Below, piece by piece: positions 1 through 9,452 of a stretch of 64,000 nt of DNA. The stretch comes from a virus. The stretch's first letter is position 1, and each line of letters opens with the position of its first letter. The stretch lies in the IMG/VR virus record IMGVR_UViG_3300020469_000009; one strand, given 5' to 3'. Position numbers and translations under genes: made by a program. The notes below the pieces were generated by a model. That model did not search any database. It was not told the DNA's origin and saw only the letters and a list, made by a program, of their open reading frames with translations.

Positions 1-1063
1 CAACTGGTATACCTAATGCTGTAGCAATTACACCTGCAAGAAGCATAAATCCTTTAAATATTAGACCTATAGTTTTTCCAATCATACCTTTTGGACCAAA
101 CATAAAGAGTAAAGAACCAACAATTAAAGCAGCATCACCTATCATACTTTCACCTTCTTGTCTATCTCTTAATCCAGTGACATTACCAAATGCCGCAACT
201 ATTCTTTTTAAGAAATTCATTACACCATTGATATAATATGCAGCATTTTCTGCAACACCTTTAGCTTCTTCATCTGTAAGACCTGTAAATGCTTGAACAA
301 TACCAGCTAATCCAGATGCTAACTTATCACCAAATGATGCATTTTCACCAAACCACGCAAATGCGTTATTCCATCCACTCATAAATCCTTGCAAAGCAGT
401 AAGACCACCAAATAATACTAAACCAAATTTAATAATATCAAATATAAATGCAAAGCCATCTTTTACTTTGTCACTAATTTTTGTGCCTACTTCTCCTGCT
501 TTATCCATTGCGCCTCCACCAAGTTTACTAATAAACTGTTTGAAGTCTCCCATAGTACCAAAGTATTTTCTAAAGGCATCCATAGTGGTTTCATCAGCAG
601 CATCTTCTGCATATTGAAGTTGTGCATTTGCTGCATTTTCTAAAGCACCTAATTTTTCTATTTGCTCTTTATCAGCATCAGACATTTCAACACCTTCTTC
701 TTGTCTTCCAATAATCTCTTCTGCTTGAGCAATAGCATTCTCAACTACTTTTTCTAATCCACCTGTTCCAGTAAATCCTTCTTCGCCTTCAAAGTCAGTT
801 TCTCCAGTAAACTGGCCTTGTTCGTTTCGTACTTGATTTAATTGAATAGAAGATTTTTTAAAATACTCATCTAATATAGATTTGTTTTCATCAGAAGCAT
901 CACCCATCATTGCTCTTAAATCTTTGATGTTTTGAGCAGCAGCTCTTCTAGCAGCTGTATTTTCTGCAGCTTGTTCTTTGAAAGTTTTCACACTGTCAGC
1001 TTGACCTTTAGCTAGCTTTTCTACAGTGCCTGTTAATGCTTCTATTTGTTTATCGTCTGCCAT
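1..1063 (-). CDS. Tape-measure / baseplate hub (gp29-like) protein, runs off the window edge
   Basis: Not in the ORF track. ATG at 1063 opens MADDKQIEALTGTVEKLAKGQ..., apparently open to position 1. Helical Ala/Gly-rich with hydrophobic segments; lies downstream of gp26/gp51. Confidence 0.6.
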   Translation of the reverse strand, partial: MADDKQIEALTGTVEKLAKGQADSVKTFKEQAAENTAARRAAAQNIKDLRAMMGDASDENKSILDEYFKKSSIQLNQVRNEQGQFTGETDFEGEEGFTGTGGLEKVVENAIAQAEEIIGRQEEGVEMSDADKEQIEKLGALENAANAQLQYAEDAADETTMDAFRKYFGTMGDFKQFISKLGGGAMDKAGEVGTKISDKVKDGFAFIFDIIKFGLVLFGGLTALQGFMSGWNNAFAWFGENASFGDKLASGLAGIVQAFTGLTDEEAKGVAENAAYYINGVMNFLKRIVAAFGNVTGLRDRQEGESMIGDAALIVGSLLFMFGPKGMIGKTIGLIFKGFMLLAGVIATALGIPV

Positions 1064-1802
1064 TTGTTCTGAATGCTTTTCGTAATAGAGTATTTAATCC
1101 GTCAGGGCCACCTGGCGCTTCATGATGATAATCATGTCCATGTTCTCCATAATAAAAAGGGTACATCAAATTAATCTTACCGTCAATTCCTTCAATATGT
1201 TGTCCTACTAATAATGAATGACCTAGCAATGTGTAAATTACAGGTATTATGTAAAAGTAGATTACCAATGATGGATGTATAACGCTTAATAATATAATGT
1301 ACATCAGAGTAATAACGAGATAGTTCTTCTCAAAAAATAATAGTACAGGGTCGCGTATGAGATGCTTTATTCTTAATAGAAATTTTTTCTTTTCAGTGAC
1401 TGTTAACTTATCCATCACTAAAGCAAATGATGGTGCAAAATAAAATAACATAGTTTTCCAACCATATACATTTGGATTTTGAGGGTCTTTATCAGTACCA
1501 AAATGCTGATGGTGCATGATATGAGTTGCTGCCCAACCTATTGGAGGTGAGGCTGCTGATATGGAACCTATAATACAGTAAAATATTTTGATATAATCAT
1601 TTGGCTTTGCAACATTGTGAGATAGAATTCTATGAAAACTAGCCATGGTTATAATCCAAAACACATAACCGGTAAGTAAACCAGCAATGACTAATAACCA
1701 ATTGATAGGAAATACTATAAAATAAGATACAAGAAAGATAGGCAAGGCCATTTGAATTAAGCCCATAGTCTTTAATCTATTTCTTACAAATGAATGCTTC
1801 AT
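1050..1802 (-). CDS. Membrane fatty-acid desaturase (delta-9-like)
   Basis: His boxes HRILSH, HIMHH, HGHDYHH plus TM segments. Likely start ATG 1802 (MKHSF), overlapping the upstream stop as ATGA. Confidence 0.85.
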   Translation of the reverse strand: MKHSFVRNRLKTMGLIQMALPIFLVSYFIVFPINWLLVIAGLLTGYVFWIITMASFHRILSHNVAKPNDYIKIFYCIIGSISAASPPIGWAATHIMHHQHFGTDKDPQNPNVYGWKTMLFYFAPSFALVMDKLTVTEKKKFLLRIKHLIRDPVLLFFEKNYLVITLMYIILLSVIHPSLVIYFYIIPVIYTLLGHSLLVGQHIEGIDGKINLMYPFYYGEHGHDYHHEAPGGPDGLNTLLRKAFRTNGRR

Positions 1803-1990
1803 CGTCTTGCTTTCTGAGCTTGCTGTCTTTGCTTCTCTTCTTCCAAGAATTGCTTTAATAGTCCTGTGTATATATCCCTTTCCCACGGTATCATTCCTTC
1901 AATTTCTTCTACACCCCAGTGGTGATGCTGCTTAAGACCAAATATAAGTCTATAATAGCTAGCTAAATCGATGTGTGAAAGGGCTATTAA
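1799..1990 (-). CDS. gp51-like baseplate hub assembly segment, probably the -1 frameshift extension of gp26
   Basis: Manual translation LIALSHIDLASYYRLIFGLKQHHHWGVEEIEGMIPWERDIYTGLLKQFLEEEKQRQQAQKARR*. The MxPWERxIY motif is typical of gp51 in marine T4-like phages; no upstream ATG in frame. Confidence 0.75.
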   Translation of the reverse strand, partial: LIALSHIDLASYYRLIFGLKQHHHWGVEEIEGMIPWERDIYTGLLKQFLEEEKQRQQAQKARR

Positions 1991-2682
1991 AAAAAATTTT
2001 CTAAACCCTCTAGCCTTCGACTATTCACAGTTCCACATTTTGTACAAGTAAATTCTACATCACAGTAAGCTCTTGGTAAATTATCAAACCAAGGTCTAAC
2101 CTTACTAGTAATAGTAGATGGCCATTCACTAATCGTCTTAATAAGTTCAGCATCGTTTGACTTATCAATATTGATTACTTCATCACCATTGATTACTTGC
2201 TCTATGGATTTTGATAAAGCCTTAATGAAATCTTTTGTTCCATCAATTTTACCAGCTTCATCAATAGGCATATGTTTCATTTTAATAGCAACATCATCAG
2301 TTAACTTTATAAGTGGGTCAATCTCTTCAACCTCACTTATTTTTACAGATTCTAAATCCAAATCAATTTTGTTTTTTTCTCCACAATCTGTATTTTCGCA
2401 AACTGCCATTATTGTTGACACTTCACCGACTGATTTTGCTCTTATTTTTAGAAACAAATACTCATAGTCAAAGTAAGCTAGATTCACATCATCCACTATA
2501 CACTTATTGACAACATTCCTTAATGCATTAATAACTTGCTTCTGGTCTTTACTTTCAGCAGCAATCATTAATGTTTTTTCATCTCCAACTTTAAATGGTC
2601 TCAACTTGATAGTTTCGCCGGTTGAAGGAATGATTTCATCGTATTCTGGAGTAGTAAATTTAATATTACTTAGTTCGCCCAT
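1987..2682 (-). CDS. Baseplate hub subunit gp26-like
   Basis: P.Y...IPSTG..I..RPF.V..EK.L; FD.EYLFLKIRAKSVGE; Cys pairs; ends LEGLENFF. Confidence 0.85.
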   Translation of the reverse strand: MGELSNIKFTTPEYDEIIPSTGETIKLRPFKVGDEKTLMIAAESKDQKQVINALRNVVNKCIVDDVNLAYFDYEYLFLKIRAKSVGEVSTIMAVCENTDCGEKNKIDLDLESVKISEVEEIDPLIKLTDDVAIKMKHMPIDEAGKIDGTKDFIKALSKSIEQVINGDEVINIDKSNDAELIKTISEWPSTITSKVRPWFDNLPRAYCDVEFTCTKCGTVNSRRLEGLENFF

Positions 2683-2684
2683 AA

Positions 2685-3371
2685 TTAATCTATCCTCTCA
2701 TAATTTCTAAATTTAAACGATATTCCTAATTTAAGAATATCCTGTTCATTATTTAATCCAATTTCAGCAACATTACTACAGTATGCTTCATTGAATTGAT
2801 AATGAGCTTCTTTCTTAGTCATACTGGCATTTAACTTAATTACTTCTACTCGACTTATATAGTCATCATAGAATCCTGTTGCTACATTGTCTCTACTATA
2901 AACAATGTCTTGCCAGCTTTCAAAGAACTTTCTTTCAGCTAAAGATTCACTACAATAGTACTGCATTTCCAAATTGTTTTGAATATGCTTGAATCCCATA
3001 GACCTTTGTTCACCTTCTGTTTTTCTTACAACTTCTGCTATATCTCTAGAAGGTATTGTGACTTCAGATGTGAACATATTAATTTTTCTTAATCCTTCAT
3101 TTTCTCCTGATAGTGAAAATCCTAATGTTGGTATATTAGGATTATAGTTTACATTAACACCACCAAGATTAATATCAATATCATTTAAAGCACCAACAGC
3201 ATTATCAATTGCATCAAATATTGGTAGGTTAATATTAAAATTACCACCTAACAAACCACCTAATGCTTTACCAGAAGCAGTTAGTCCTCTTGGTGGGTGT
3301 ACTTGTACAATCCACTTATTACTACGGGCTAATCCTGATGCTGCAACTTGTGCTTTAAATTCTTGTATCAC
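2685..3371 (-). CDS. Baseplate tail-tube initiator gp54-like (tail-tube fold)
   Basis: GLARSNKW..., V.IPSR, ERKFFESWQD, FYDDY; synteny with gp26. Confidence 0.7.
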   Translation of the reverse strand: MIQEFKAQVAASGLARSNKWIVQVHPPRGLTASGKALGGLLGGNFNINLPIFDAIDNAVGALNDIDINLGGVNVNYNPNIPTLGFSLSGENEGLRKINMFTSEVTIPSRDIAEVVRKTEGEQRSMGFKHIQNNLEMQYYCSESLAERKFFESWQDIVYSRDNVATGFYDDYISRVEVIKLNASMTKKEAHYQFNEAYCSNVAEIGLNNEQDILKLGISFKFRNYERID

Positions 3372-3529
3372 TATTTTCCTTGTCCTCTATATTTTTTATA
3401 AGAACGTCTTTTATGTTTGTTCATTGTAGACATACCTATTTTTACTTTTCTACCACGTCCTCCCGTTCCTTGGGATGATGATTTTTTAGTTGGCTGATGA
3501 GACGTATAATTCTTAAACATTCTAGCCAT
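3371..3529 (-). CDS. Small basic protein (ends KKYRGQGK), conserved type in marine T4-like phages
   Basis: Likely start MARMFK at 3529; very Lys/Arg rich. Confidence 0.6.
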   Translation of the reverse strand: MARMFKNYTSHQPTKKSSSQGTGGRGRKVKIGMSTMNKHKRRSYKKYRGQGK

Positions 3530-4058
3530 TCGCTTTCCTCCATACTGATGATTGGTTAATTTTAACAAAACCTTCAAATGGTAATTGTATTGCTATTTCC
3601 CAATCCTTTTGCGGTACACTCTTTGGCTTTGACACACACTGAGTAGCTATATATCTATGTAAAGCTGGTTTACCAAAACGAGAATTGCCAATAGCTTTTG
3701 CTATCTTTAATCCAGCATTTGTTTTTACATTAGTATCTGCTAATAATCTAGCTCTCACTTGTGGAGCGAGATAATGTAAATTTAAACCATACCAACCGTT
3801 ATCAGTCATTTCAATAATCATAGTACAAGGAAACCTATCATAATATTGTAAGGTATCTTTGAACTTTGGGTTGTACTCATATATCATGAGTTTACCTGGT
3901 GCAACACCGTCACCTTTTAAAGATTCATATGCCTTTCCAAAACTGGTTCTATCTTTTCTTATACGCTTTCTAAACCAATCTACAGACGTTTTAGTATTCC
4001 TACTAACCCCTGCTTTTCTGGCTGCTTCTGCATATCTTTGATAAATAGATTGTGGCAT
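3522..4058 (-). CDS. DNA end protector protein gp2
   Basis: Y.PK.KD.L.YYDRFP, GLNLHYL, W..AI.LP.E.F motifs. Confidence 0.85.
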   Translation of the reverse strand: MPQSIYQRYAEAARKAGVSRNTKTSVDWFRKRIRKDRTSFGKAYESLKGDGVAPGKLMIYEYNPKFKDTLQYYDRFPCTMIIEMTDNGWYGLNLHYLAPQVRARLLADTNVKTNAGLKIAKAIGNSRFGKPALHRYIATQCVSKPKSVPQKDWEIAIQLPFEGFVKINQSSVWRKANG

Positions 4059-4062
4059 AGTA

Positions 4063-4070
4063 TATTTATA
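4063..4070 (-). promoter_or_regulatory. T4-type late promoter TATAAATA
   Basis: Exact TATAAATA just upstream of the gp2 ATG. Confidence 0.65.
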
Positions 4071-4103
4071 CCATAATTAGTATAATAGTTTAAGGAGAAT
4101 TAA

Positions 4104-4268
4104 ATGGAATATTCAAAATTAGTCTTAAAGTCAGCAAGGAAAGCTTGGGATAGAATCAATATTATTACTGAGGATAAACCTACTATATTTAAAAATGACA
4201 AAGAGTTTAGTCAGTTTTATAATGAATTACAAGATAGATTAAACGAAAAACAAAAAAGGAAAAATTGA
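4104..4268 (+). CDS. Small hypothetical protein (MEYSKLVLKS...)
   Basis: AAGGAG SD upstream; TGA overlaps next ATG. Below the ORF-track cutoff. Confidence 0.55.
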   Translation: MEYSKLVLKSARKAWDRINIITEDKPTIFKNDKEFSQFYNELQDRLNEKQKRKN

Positions 4269-4507
4269 TGCCAATGTATACCGCTAAAAATAAGAAGACT
4301 GAAGAAACACAAGATGTTATGTGTTCTTATGATGACAAAAAACAATGGGAAAAAGATAATCCAGGTTGGGAGTTTATTTTATCTACACCACAAATTATAT
4401 CAGGGACATCGTCTTCCGGAGGTAAATTACCCGAAGGTTTCAAAGATAAGATGAGAGAAGCAAAAAAACTACACCCTCTTTCAAAGGGACTAGACCACTT
4501 AATATAA
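4268..4507 (+). CDS. Conserved small phage protein (FmdB-like MPxY start)
   Basis: MPMYTAKN...; typical small T4-like ORF. Confidence 0.55.
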   Translation: MPMYTAKNKKTEETQDVMCSYDDKKQWEKDNPGWEFILSTPQIISGTSSSGGKLPEGFKDKMREAKKLHPLSKGLDHLI

Positions 4508-4924
4508 ATGGCATATTCAGATAAGGTAGTGGAACGGTTTGAATCCGTCCTTAAAAATCCACAAAAACATGCAGTTGGTAGATTTGACCCAAATGACCCA
4601 AACGTAGCTACAGGTTTAGTTGGTGCTCCAGCTTGTGGAGATGTAATGAAGCTACAGTTAAAACTTGATGAAGATAGTATAATAGAAGATGTAAAGTTTA
4701 AAACGTATGGCTGTGGTAGTGCCATAGCATCATCAACTATGTTTGTTGATATGTTAAAAGGTAAAACCATAGATGAAGCAAAACAAATAAAGGATAAAGA
4801 AATTGCAGACGCTCTTGAATTACCATCAATCAAATTACACTGTTCAATTCTTGCTGAAGAAGGTATCAAAAAAGCTATTGAGGATTGGGAAAGTAAAGAA
4901 TCACATAGAAAGCATAATCAATGA
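4508..4924 (+). CDS. iscU: Fe-S cluster scaffold IscU/NifU-N
   Basis: GAPACGDVMKLQ, FKTYGCGSAIASS, LPSIKLHCS: three conserved Cys. Confidence 0.95.
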   Translation: MAYSDKVVERFESVLKNPQKHAVGRFDPNDPNVATGLVGAPACGDVMKLQLKLDEDSIIEDVKFKTYGCGSAIASSTMFVDMLKGKTIDEAKQIKDKEIADALELPSIKLHCSILAEEGIKKAIEDWESKESHRKHNQ

Positions 4925-6051
4925 CACTAGCACGTGAAGATAGAGAATTTTTACTAAACAATATAGACAAAGTAAGAGAAAAGCTTGGTCTATATACTGT
5001 AAAAACAGAACTTAAATTCGAATTACCTACACCTAAAGAAATTTACAATTATTTAGATGACTATGTTATAAGTCAAGAAAGAGCTAAGAAAGTTTTAGCT
5101 GTTGGAGCTCATAATCATTATAAAAGACTAATGATATACAAAGAAGATGATTTTGATGAAACAAAGAAAATTGATAAAACTAATGTTATGCTTTTAGGTC
5201 CTACGGGTTCTGGTAAAACGTACCTTGTAAAGAAATTAGCTGAAATGATGAAGGTACCTTATTACATAGCTGATGCAAACAATATGACTGCATCTGGATA
5301 TGTGGGTAAAGATGTAGAGACAGTAATTGATGGATTGTTTCAAAATGCTAGAGGTAATTTTGATGCTGCAGCTACAGGCATAGTATTCATAGATGAGTTT
5401 GATAAGATATGTAGCAAGACTGATGGTGTCCAAGGTAGAAAAGATGTAGGTGGAGAAGCTGTCCAACAAGCTTTACTAAAACTAATTGAAGGCACTGAAA
5501 TTGAAATGGAAAGGCAACAAGGGTTATCTAAGGTAAGATTTGTTGTAGATACATCAAACATAATGTTTATTGTTGGTGGTGCATTTACAGGTTTGGATGA
5601 AATCATTGGTAATCGACTTAACTTAGGTAAAAGAGGTATTGGTTTTGGTGCCAAATTTGCAGGAGACATAGAAGAAGAACCTAATATCTTTAACCATGTG
5701 CAACCAGAAGATTTAGAAAAGTATGGATTTATACCAGAGATTTTAGGACGTATACCTACAATAGCACCTTTACAAGAATTAACTGAAGATAATTTAATAG
5801 AAATATTATGTAAAGTAAAGAACAATGTAATAAATCAGTACACAAGATTGTTCAAACATTCAGGTCAAGAACTTAAAATATCAAATAAAGGTTTAAAGAT
5901 TATTGCTCAACGCGCTCTCAAAAAGGGAGTGGGTGCAAGAGGTCTAAAATCATTGGTTGAGACAGTATTATTAGACTATATGTTTAATTTAGAATCAGCT
6001 ATTTTAGACGAAAAAGATGTGGAAAAATTATTAGATGAAGTTCAAACATGA
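4921..6051 (+). CDS. clpX: ClpX AAA+ unfoldase lacking the N-terminal Zn-binding domain
   Basis: GPTGSGKT, GYVG.DVE, IVFIDEFDKI, DVGGEAVQQALLK, IGF loop, GARGL. Confidence 0.95.
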   Translation: MTLAREDREFLLNNIDKVREKLGLYTVKTELKFELPTPKEIYNYLDDYVISQERAKKVLAVGAHNHYKRLMIYKEDDFDETKKIDKTNVMLLGPTGSGKTYLVKKLAEMMKVPYYIADANNMTASGYVGKDVETVIDGLFQNARGNFDAAATGIVFIDEFDKICSKTDGVQGRKDVGGEAVQQALLKLIEGTEIEMERQQGLSKVRFVVDTSNIMFIVGGAFTGLDEIIGNRLNLGKRGIGFGAKFAGDIEEEPNIFNHVQPEDLEKYGFIPEILGRIPTIAPLQELTEDNLIEILCKVKNNVINQYTRLFKHSGQELKISNKGLKIIAQRALKKGVGARGLKSLVETVLLDYMFNLESAILDEKDVEKLLDEVQT

Positions 6052-6700
6052 TTTTATTACGGTTCCAAAACTCAAACAAGTTACGAACCCAAACGAAAGA
6101 TATTACGAAGATAAAGATGGGAGTAGGTTTCCATCAATAACAACAGTACTTGGTCAAACAAAAGACATGACCCAGTTAATGGAGTGGAAAAAAAGAGTTG
6201 GTGAAAAAGAAGCAAATAGAATTAGTAAGCAAGCTACTACACACGGGACTAAGTTTCATAAGGAATGTGAAAGATATTTACTTAATGAAGACTTCGAGCC
6301 TAGCCTTTTATTTAGAGCTGTACGTCCCACCCTTGATAGGATACGTAGTGTTAAGTGTTTAGAAACTACATTATATAGTACTTACCTAGGTGTTGCAGGT
6401 ACTGTGGATTGTATAGCTGAAATGGATGGAGACATCAGTGTCATTGATTTTAAAACTAGTAGAAAAACAAAAAAAGAGGAATGGATAGAAGATTACTTTA
6501 TACAAGCAGCCTTCTATTTCTATGCATTTTATGAACGTACAAACATACTTCCAGCAAATACAAAAATCATTATCACAACTAATGAAGGGAAAATCCAAGA
6601 GTTCACACAATCAGCTAGAAACAATAAGTATTGGGTTGAACGACTTAAGACAAGAATCAGTTTATATCAATCAAAAAGACAGGAGAGTCAATATGGATAG
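6035..6700 (+). CDS. PD-(D/E)XK phage exonuclease
   Basis: PSITTVL, GT.FH, AGTVDC, IDFKTS, Q...Y. Confidence 0.85.
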   Translation: MKFKHDFITVPKLKQVTNPNERYYEDKDGSRFPSITTVLGQTKDMTQLMEWKKRVGEKEANRISKQATTHGTKFHKECERYLLNEDFEPSLLFRAVRPTLDRIRSVKCLETTLYSTYLGVAGTVDCIAEMDGDISVIDFKTSRKTKKEEWIEDYFIQAAFYFYAFYERTNILPANTKIIITTNEGKIQEFTQSARNNKYWVERLKTRISLYQSKRQESQYG

Positions 6701-6917
6701 CTTTATAGGTCCAACACAAGTAGAAAAAGTAATGGTAGACATTACAACTTATTGGGAGACTAGCAAAGCTCCTGAAAAAGAAAAAATAAGAATATTACAA
6801 TTAGTAGAAGATTATTATAGAACAAGAAACTTAAATGATATGGATATTGTCATATCAAACTTATGTAAAAGTGTATTACAAAGCAAAGGTGTAAAGGATA
6901 ATCCAGAACTAATATGA
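6693..6917 (+). CDS. Hypothetical protein
   Basis: Likely start MDSFIG after AGGAG; packed between neighbours. Confidence 0.55.
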   Translation: MDSFIGPTQVEKVMVDITTYWETSKAPEKEKIRILQLVEDYYRTRNLNDMDIVISNLCKSVLQSKGVKDNPELI

Positions 6918-7204
6918 TAGGATTAGATGAAAAAGATACATTGCCATCACAAACAGTAAAGAAAGGTACACTGTCTGACAGTGACTTTCAAATAAAAGTA
7001 AAACAATTACCAAAAGAGATAGAAGAAATTGTTGCAAAAGGTAAAGGTGTTAATTACATAGATGCAGTTATATATGTATGTGAGAAATATGGTTTAGAAG
7101 TAGAAGGCATGAAAGCTATGCTTCCTAGTAATATAAAAGAGAAGATAGAAAAAGATGCTTCTGATTTAAACATGTTAAAATATAAGGTGAATAGTCTTGT
7201 CTGA
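6914..7204 (+). CDS. Late transcription coactivator gp33-like
   Basis: YIDAV..CE...E.E....IKEKIE.DA pattern; gp33-(insert)-gp59-gp32 synteny. Confidence 0.75.
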   Translation: MIGLDEKDTLPSQTVKKGTLSDSDFQIKVKQLPKEIEEIVAKGKGVNYIDAVIYVCEKYGLEVEGMKAMLPSNIKEKIEKDASDLNMLKYKVNSLV

Positions 7205-7760
7205 TTGGTTTGCAAAAACAATGACTAAATTTTTTAGGTTTATAGCTGATACTTTTTTTGCGAAAAGATACGGTCATAGAGCTGTGGTATTAGAGACTAT
7301 TGCTGGAGTTCCTGGTATAGTAGCAGGTGTATGGCTACATATGAAGTCACTTCGAAAGATGGAAGCAGGTCTTGGACCAAAAATAAGAGAAATGATAGCT
7401 GAAGCTGAAAATGAAAGAATGCATCTTATGATTTTTATTGATATTGCAAAACCAACTTGGTTAGAAAGATGGTTAGTATTATTTGCACAAGGTATCTTTC
7501 TTGTCTTTTACTTTTTTTTATTTGTATTCTTTCCAAAAACTGCACATCGTATGATACATTACTTTGAAGAAGAAGCAGTAAAATCTTACACACAATATTT
7601 ACACATGGTAGATTCTGGCCAAGCAGAAAATATACCAGCAACTCCATTAGCTAAACAGTATTATAATTTAGATGACAACGCAAGATTAAAAGATATAATT
7701 ATTAAGATAAGAGCTGATGAAGAGAAACATGCAAAAATTAACTATGAATACAGTTTATGA
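7197..7760 (+). CDS. aox: Alternative oxidase (di-iron quinol oxidase)
   Basis: LETIAGVPG, EAENERMHL, YFEEEAV.SY, IRADEE.H. Confidence 0.92.
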   Translation: MSDWFAKTMTKFFRFIADTFFAKRYGHRAVVLETIAGVPGIVAGVWLHMKSLRKMEAGLGPKIREMIAEAENERMHLMIFIDIAKPTWLERWLVLFAQGIFLVFYFFLFVFFPKTAHRMIHYFEEEAVKSYTQYLHMVDSGQAENIPATPLAKQYYNLDDNARLKDIIIKIRADEEKHAKINYEYSL

Positions 7761-7905
7761 TTGATTTTACTACAGTATTAGTACAAATGGGTGTTGCTAG
7801 TTTTGTGTTAGGAGCAGCTTTGTATTTTGTTTGGCTCACAAATAATTATAAATTATTCTTTGCTTGCTGTCTGACTTTTTTAGGCCTGATGGTAATTGCA
7901 TATTC

Positions 7906-8493
7906 ATGACAAAAACTGGATACGAAATCTACATAAAGTATCTTGCTCTTCAAAAGCATTTCAGTACAGATTATGATTACTTTAAATTTAATGGTAGAGT
8001 AAAAGCTGGTGTAGATGCATATAATAGAAGAAATGATGTATATGCATTTGAAAAACTATCTAAAATTATTTCAATGGATGACTTAGAAGATTTTCTTATT
8101 GCTCACTTTTTAGACAATCCAAAAGAATGGATTAAAAATATGAGTAGACCTACAATGGATGTTTATAAATCTAAAATGAGAAGAATGCCATCATTGTTTA
8201 AAGAAGACATGCATTATATTAAAGAGCATAGCCCATCACAAATGATGTCAGTAGCTCATGACAAAATACCTGATATTCATAATGCAGTAATTAAAAAAGA
8301 TTTACAGATAGAAAGTATAATTCTATTAGATAATTTTTATCCATTTATAGATAAACATGATAAAGCAGTTGACATACCTTTTGTTTGGCCTGATTATATT
8401 AGGAAAGTCAAGAAGTATAAACCGTTTGTTTTATCTAAATTGGAGTATAAATATTATGAGGATATCGCAAGGGATATTCTTATATCAAGCTAG
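7906..8493 (+). CDS. Helicase loader gp59-like
   Basis: Y..YLAL..HF...YDYFKFNG.V; immediately before gp32. Likely start MTKTG. Confidence 0.8.
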   Translation: MTKTGYEIYIKYLALQKHFSTDYDYFKFNGRVKAGVDAYNRRNDVYAFEKLSKIISMDDLEDFLIAHFLDNPKEWIKNMSRPTMDVYKSKMRRMPSLFKEDMHYIKEHSPSQMMSVAHDKIPDIHNAVIKKDLQIESIILLDNFYPFIDKHDKAVDIPFVWPDYIRKVKKYKPFVLSKLEYKYYEDIARDILISS

Positions 8494-8549
8494 AATCTTG
8501 TTAAACTTATCTGAAACGAAAAATCGAAACGACGAAACGGAGGAAAATT

Positions 8550-9452
8550 ATGTCATTTGATGATTATCTAAAAAACCGCTCAAGCCAATTTGAGCAACTT
8601 AAAACATCCCTACAAAAAAATACTGAGAAGAAAAGTTACGACGATGATCGTATCTGGAAAGCTCGTATGGGTAAAGACGGCACTGGTTATGCAGTTGTCA
8701 GATTCTTACCTGGTAAGGATGCCACAAAAACACCTTGGGTGACTATATACGATCATGGTTTCCAAGGACCTACTGGTAAATGGTACATTGAAAATTCTTT
8801 GACAACCATTAACCAAAATGACCCAGTGTCAGAATATAATTCCAAGTTATGGAATTCTGGTATTGAGGAAAATAAAGAAATAGCTCGTAAGCAGAAAAGA
8901 CGTACATCTTATTATGCAAACGTTCTTGTTCTTAATGACCCACAAGAAACTTCTCATGAAGGTAAAGTTAAAATCTTTAAGTTTGGACAAAAAATCTTTG
9001 AAAAGATTATGGCGTCTATGCAGCCTGAGTTTGAAGATGAAACTCCAGTAAATCCATTTGATTTAATTGAAGGTGCAAACTTTAGAATTAAAATTAAAAT
9101 GGTTGGTGGATATTGGAACTATGACTCTTCATCTTTTGAAAAGCCAGGTGCCATTGTTGAGGGTGAAGACAAGATGAAAGCTGTTTTCGAAGCACAACAT
9201 GATGTTCATGATTTAGTTGCTGAAGACAAGTTCAAATCTTATGATGAACTTAAAACAAAACTAAATGAAGTGCTTGGTGAAACTGAAGTTTCTGCAGCAG
9301 TTAGTACAACTACCAAAGAGGTACCTACAGCTGAAACATCTTCAACTGAGTCTAATGATTTTCAAGAGGTTTTTGAATCAAAAACTGAGGAAGTCAAAAA
9401 AGAGGATGATGAAGATTTAGAAGATTACTTTAAATCTTTAGCTCAAGACTAA
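8550..9452 (+). CDS. Single-stranded DNA-binding protein gp32
   Basis: DDRIW, GYAVVRFLP, HGFQGPTGKWYIENSLTT, GANF..K, acidic tail. Confidence 0.95.
   Translation: MSFDDYLKNRSSQFEQLKTSLQKNTEKKSYDDDRIWKARMGKDGTGYAVVRFLPGKDATKTPWVTIYDHGFQGPTGKWYIENSLTTINQNDPVSEYNSKLWNSGIEENKEIARKQKRRTSYYANVLVLNDPQETSHEGKVKIFKFGQKIFEKIMASMQPEFEDETPVNPFDLIEGANFRIKIKMVGGYWNYDSSSFEKPGAIVEGEDKMKAVFEAQHDVHDLVAEDKFKSYDELKTKLNEVLGETEVSAAVSTTTKEVPTAETSSTESNDFQEVFESKTEEVKKEDDEDLEDYFKSLAQD

Noticed and set aside
1803-1886. N-terminal extension of the desaturase given in the ORF track
   Set aside because: It overlaps the gp51-like frame; ATG 1802 with ATGA coupling is the more plausible start.
1987-2010. gp26 C-terminus LENFF as another clamp-binding motif
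   Set aside because: The FF is explained by the poly-T slippery site in a structural gene.
4327-5825. Long antisense ORFs (e.g. 4327-4869, 5340-5825) and similar shadows across the window
   Set aside because: They lie opposite well-supported genes and have no motifs or SD sequences.
6035-6700. Cas4/CRISPR association of the exonuclease
   Set aside because: No Cys cluster for Fe-S, no other cas genes and no repeat-spacer array seen.
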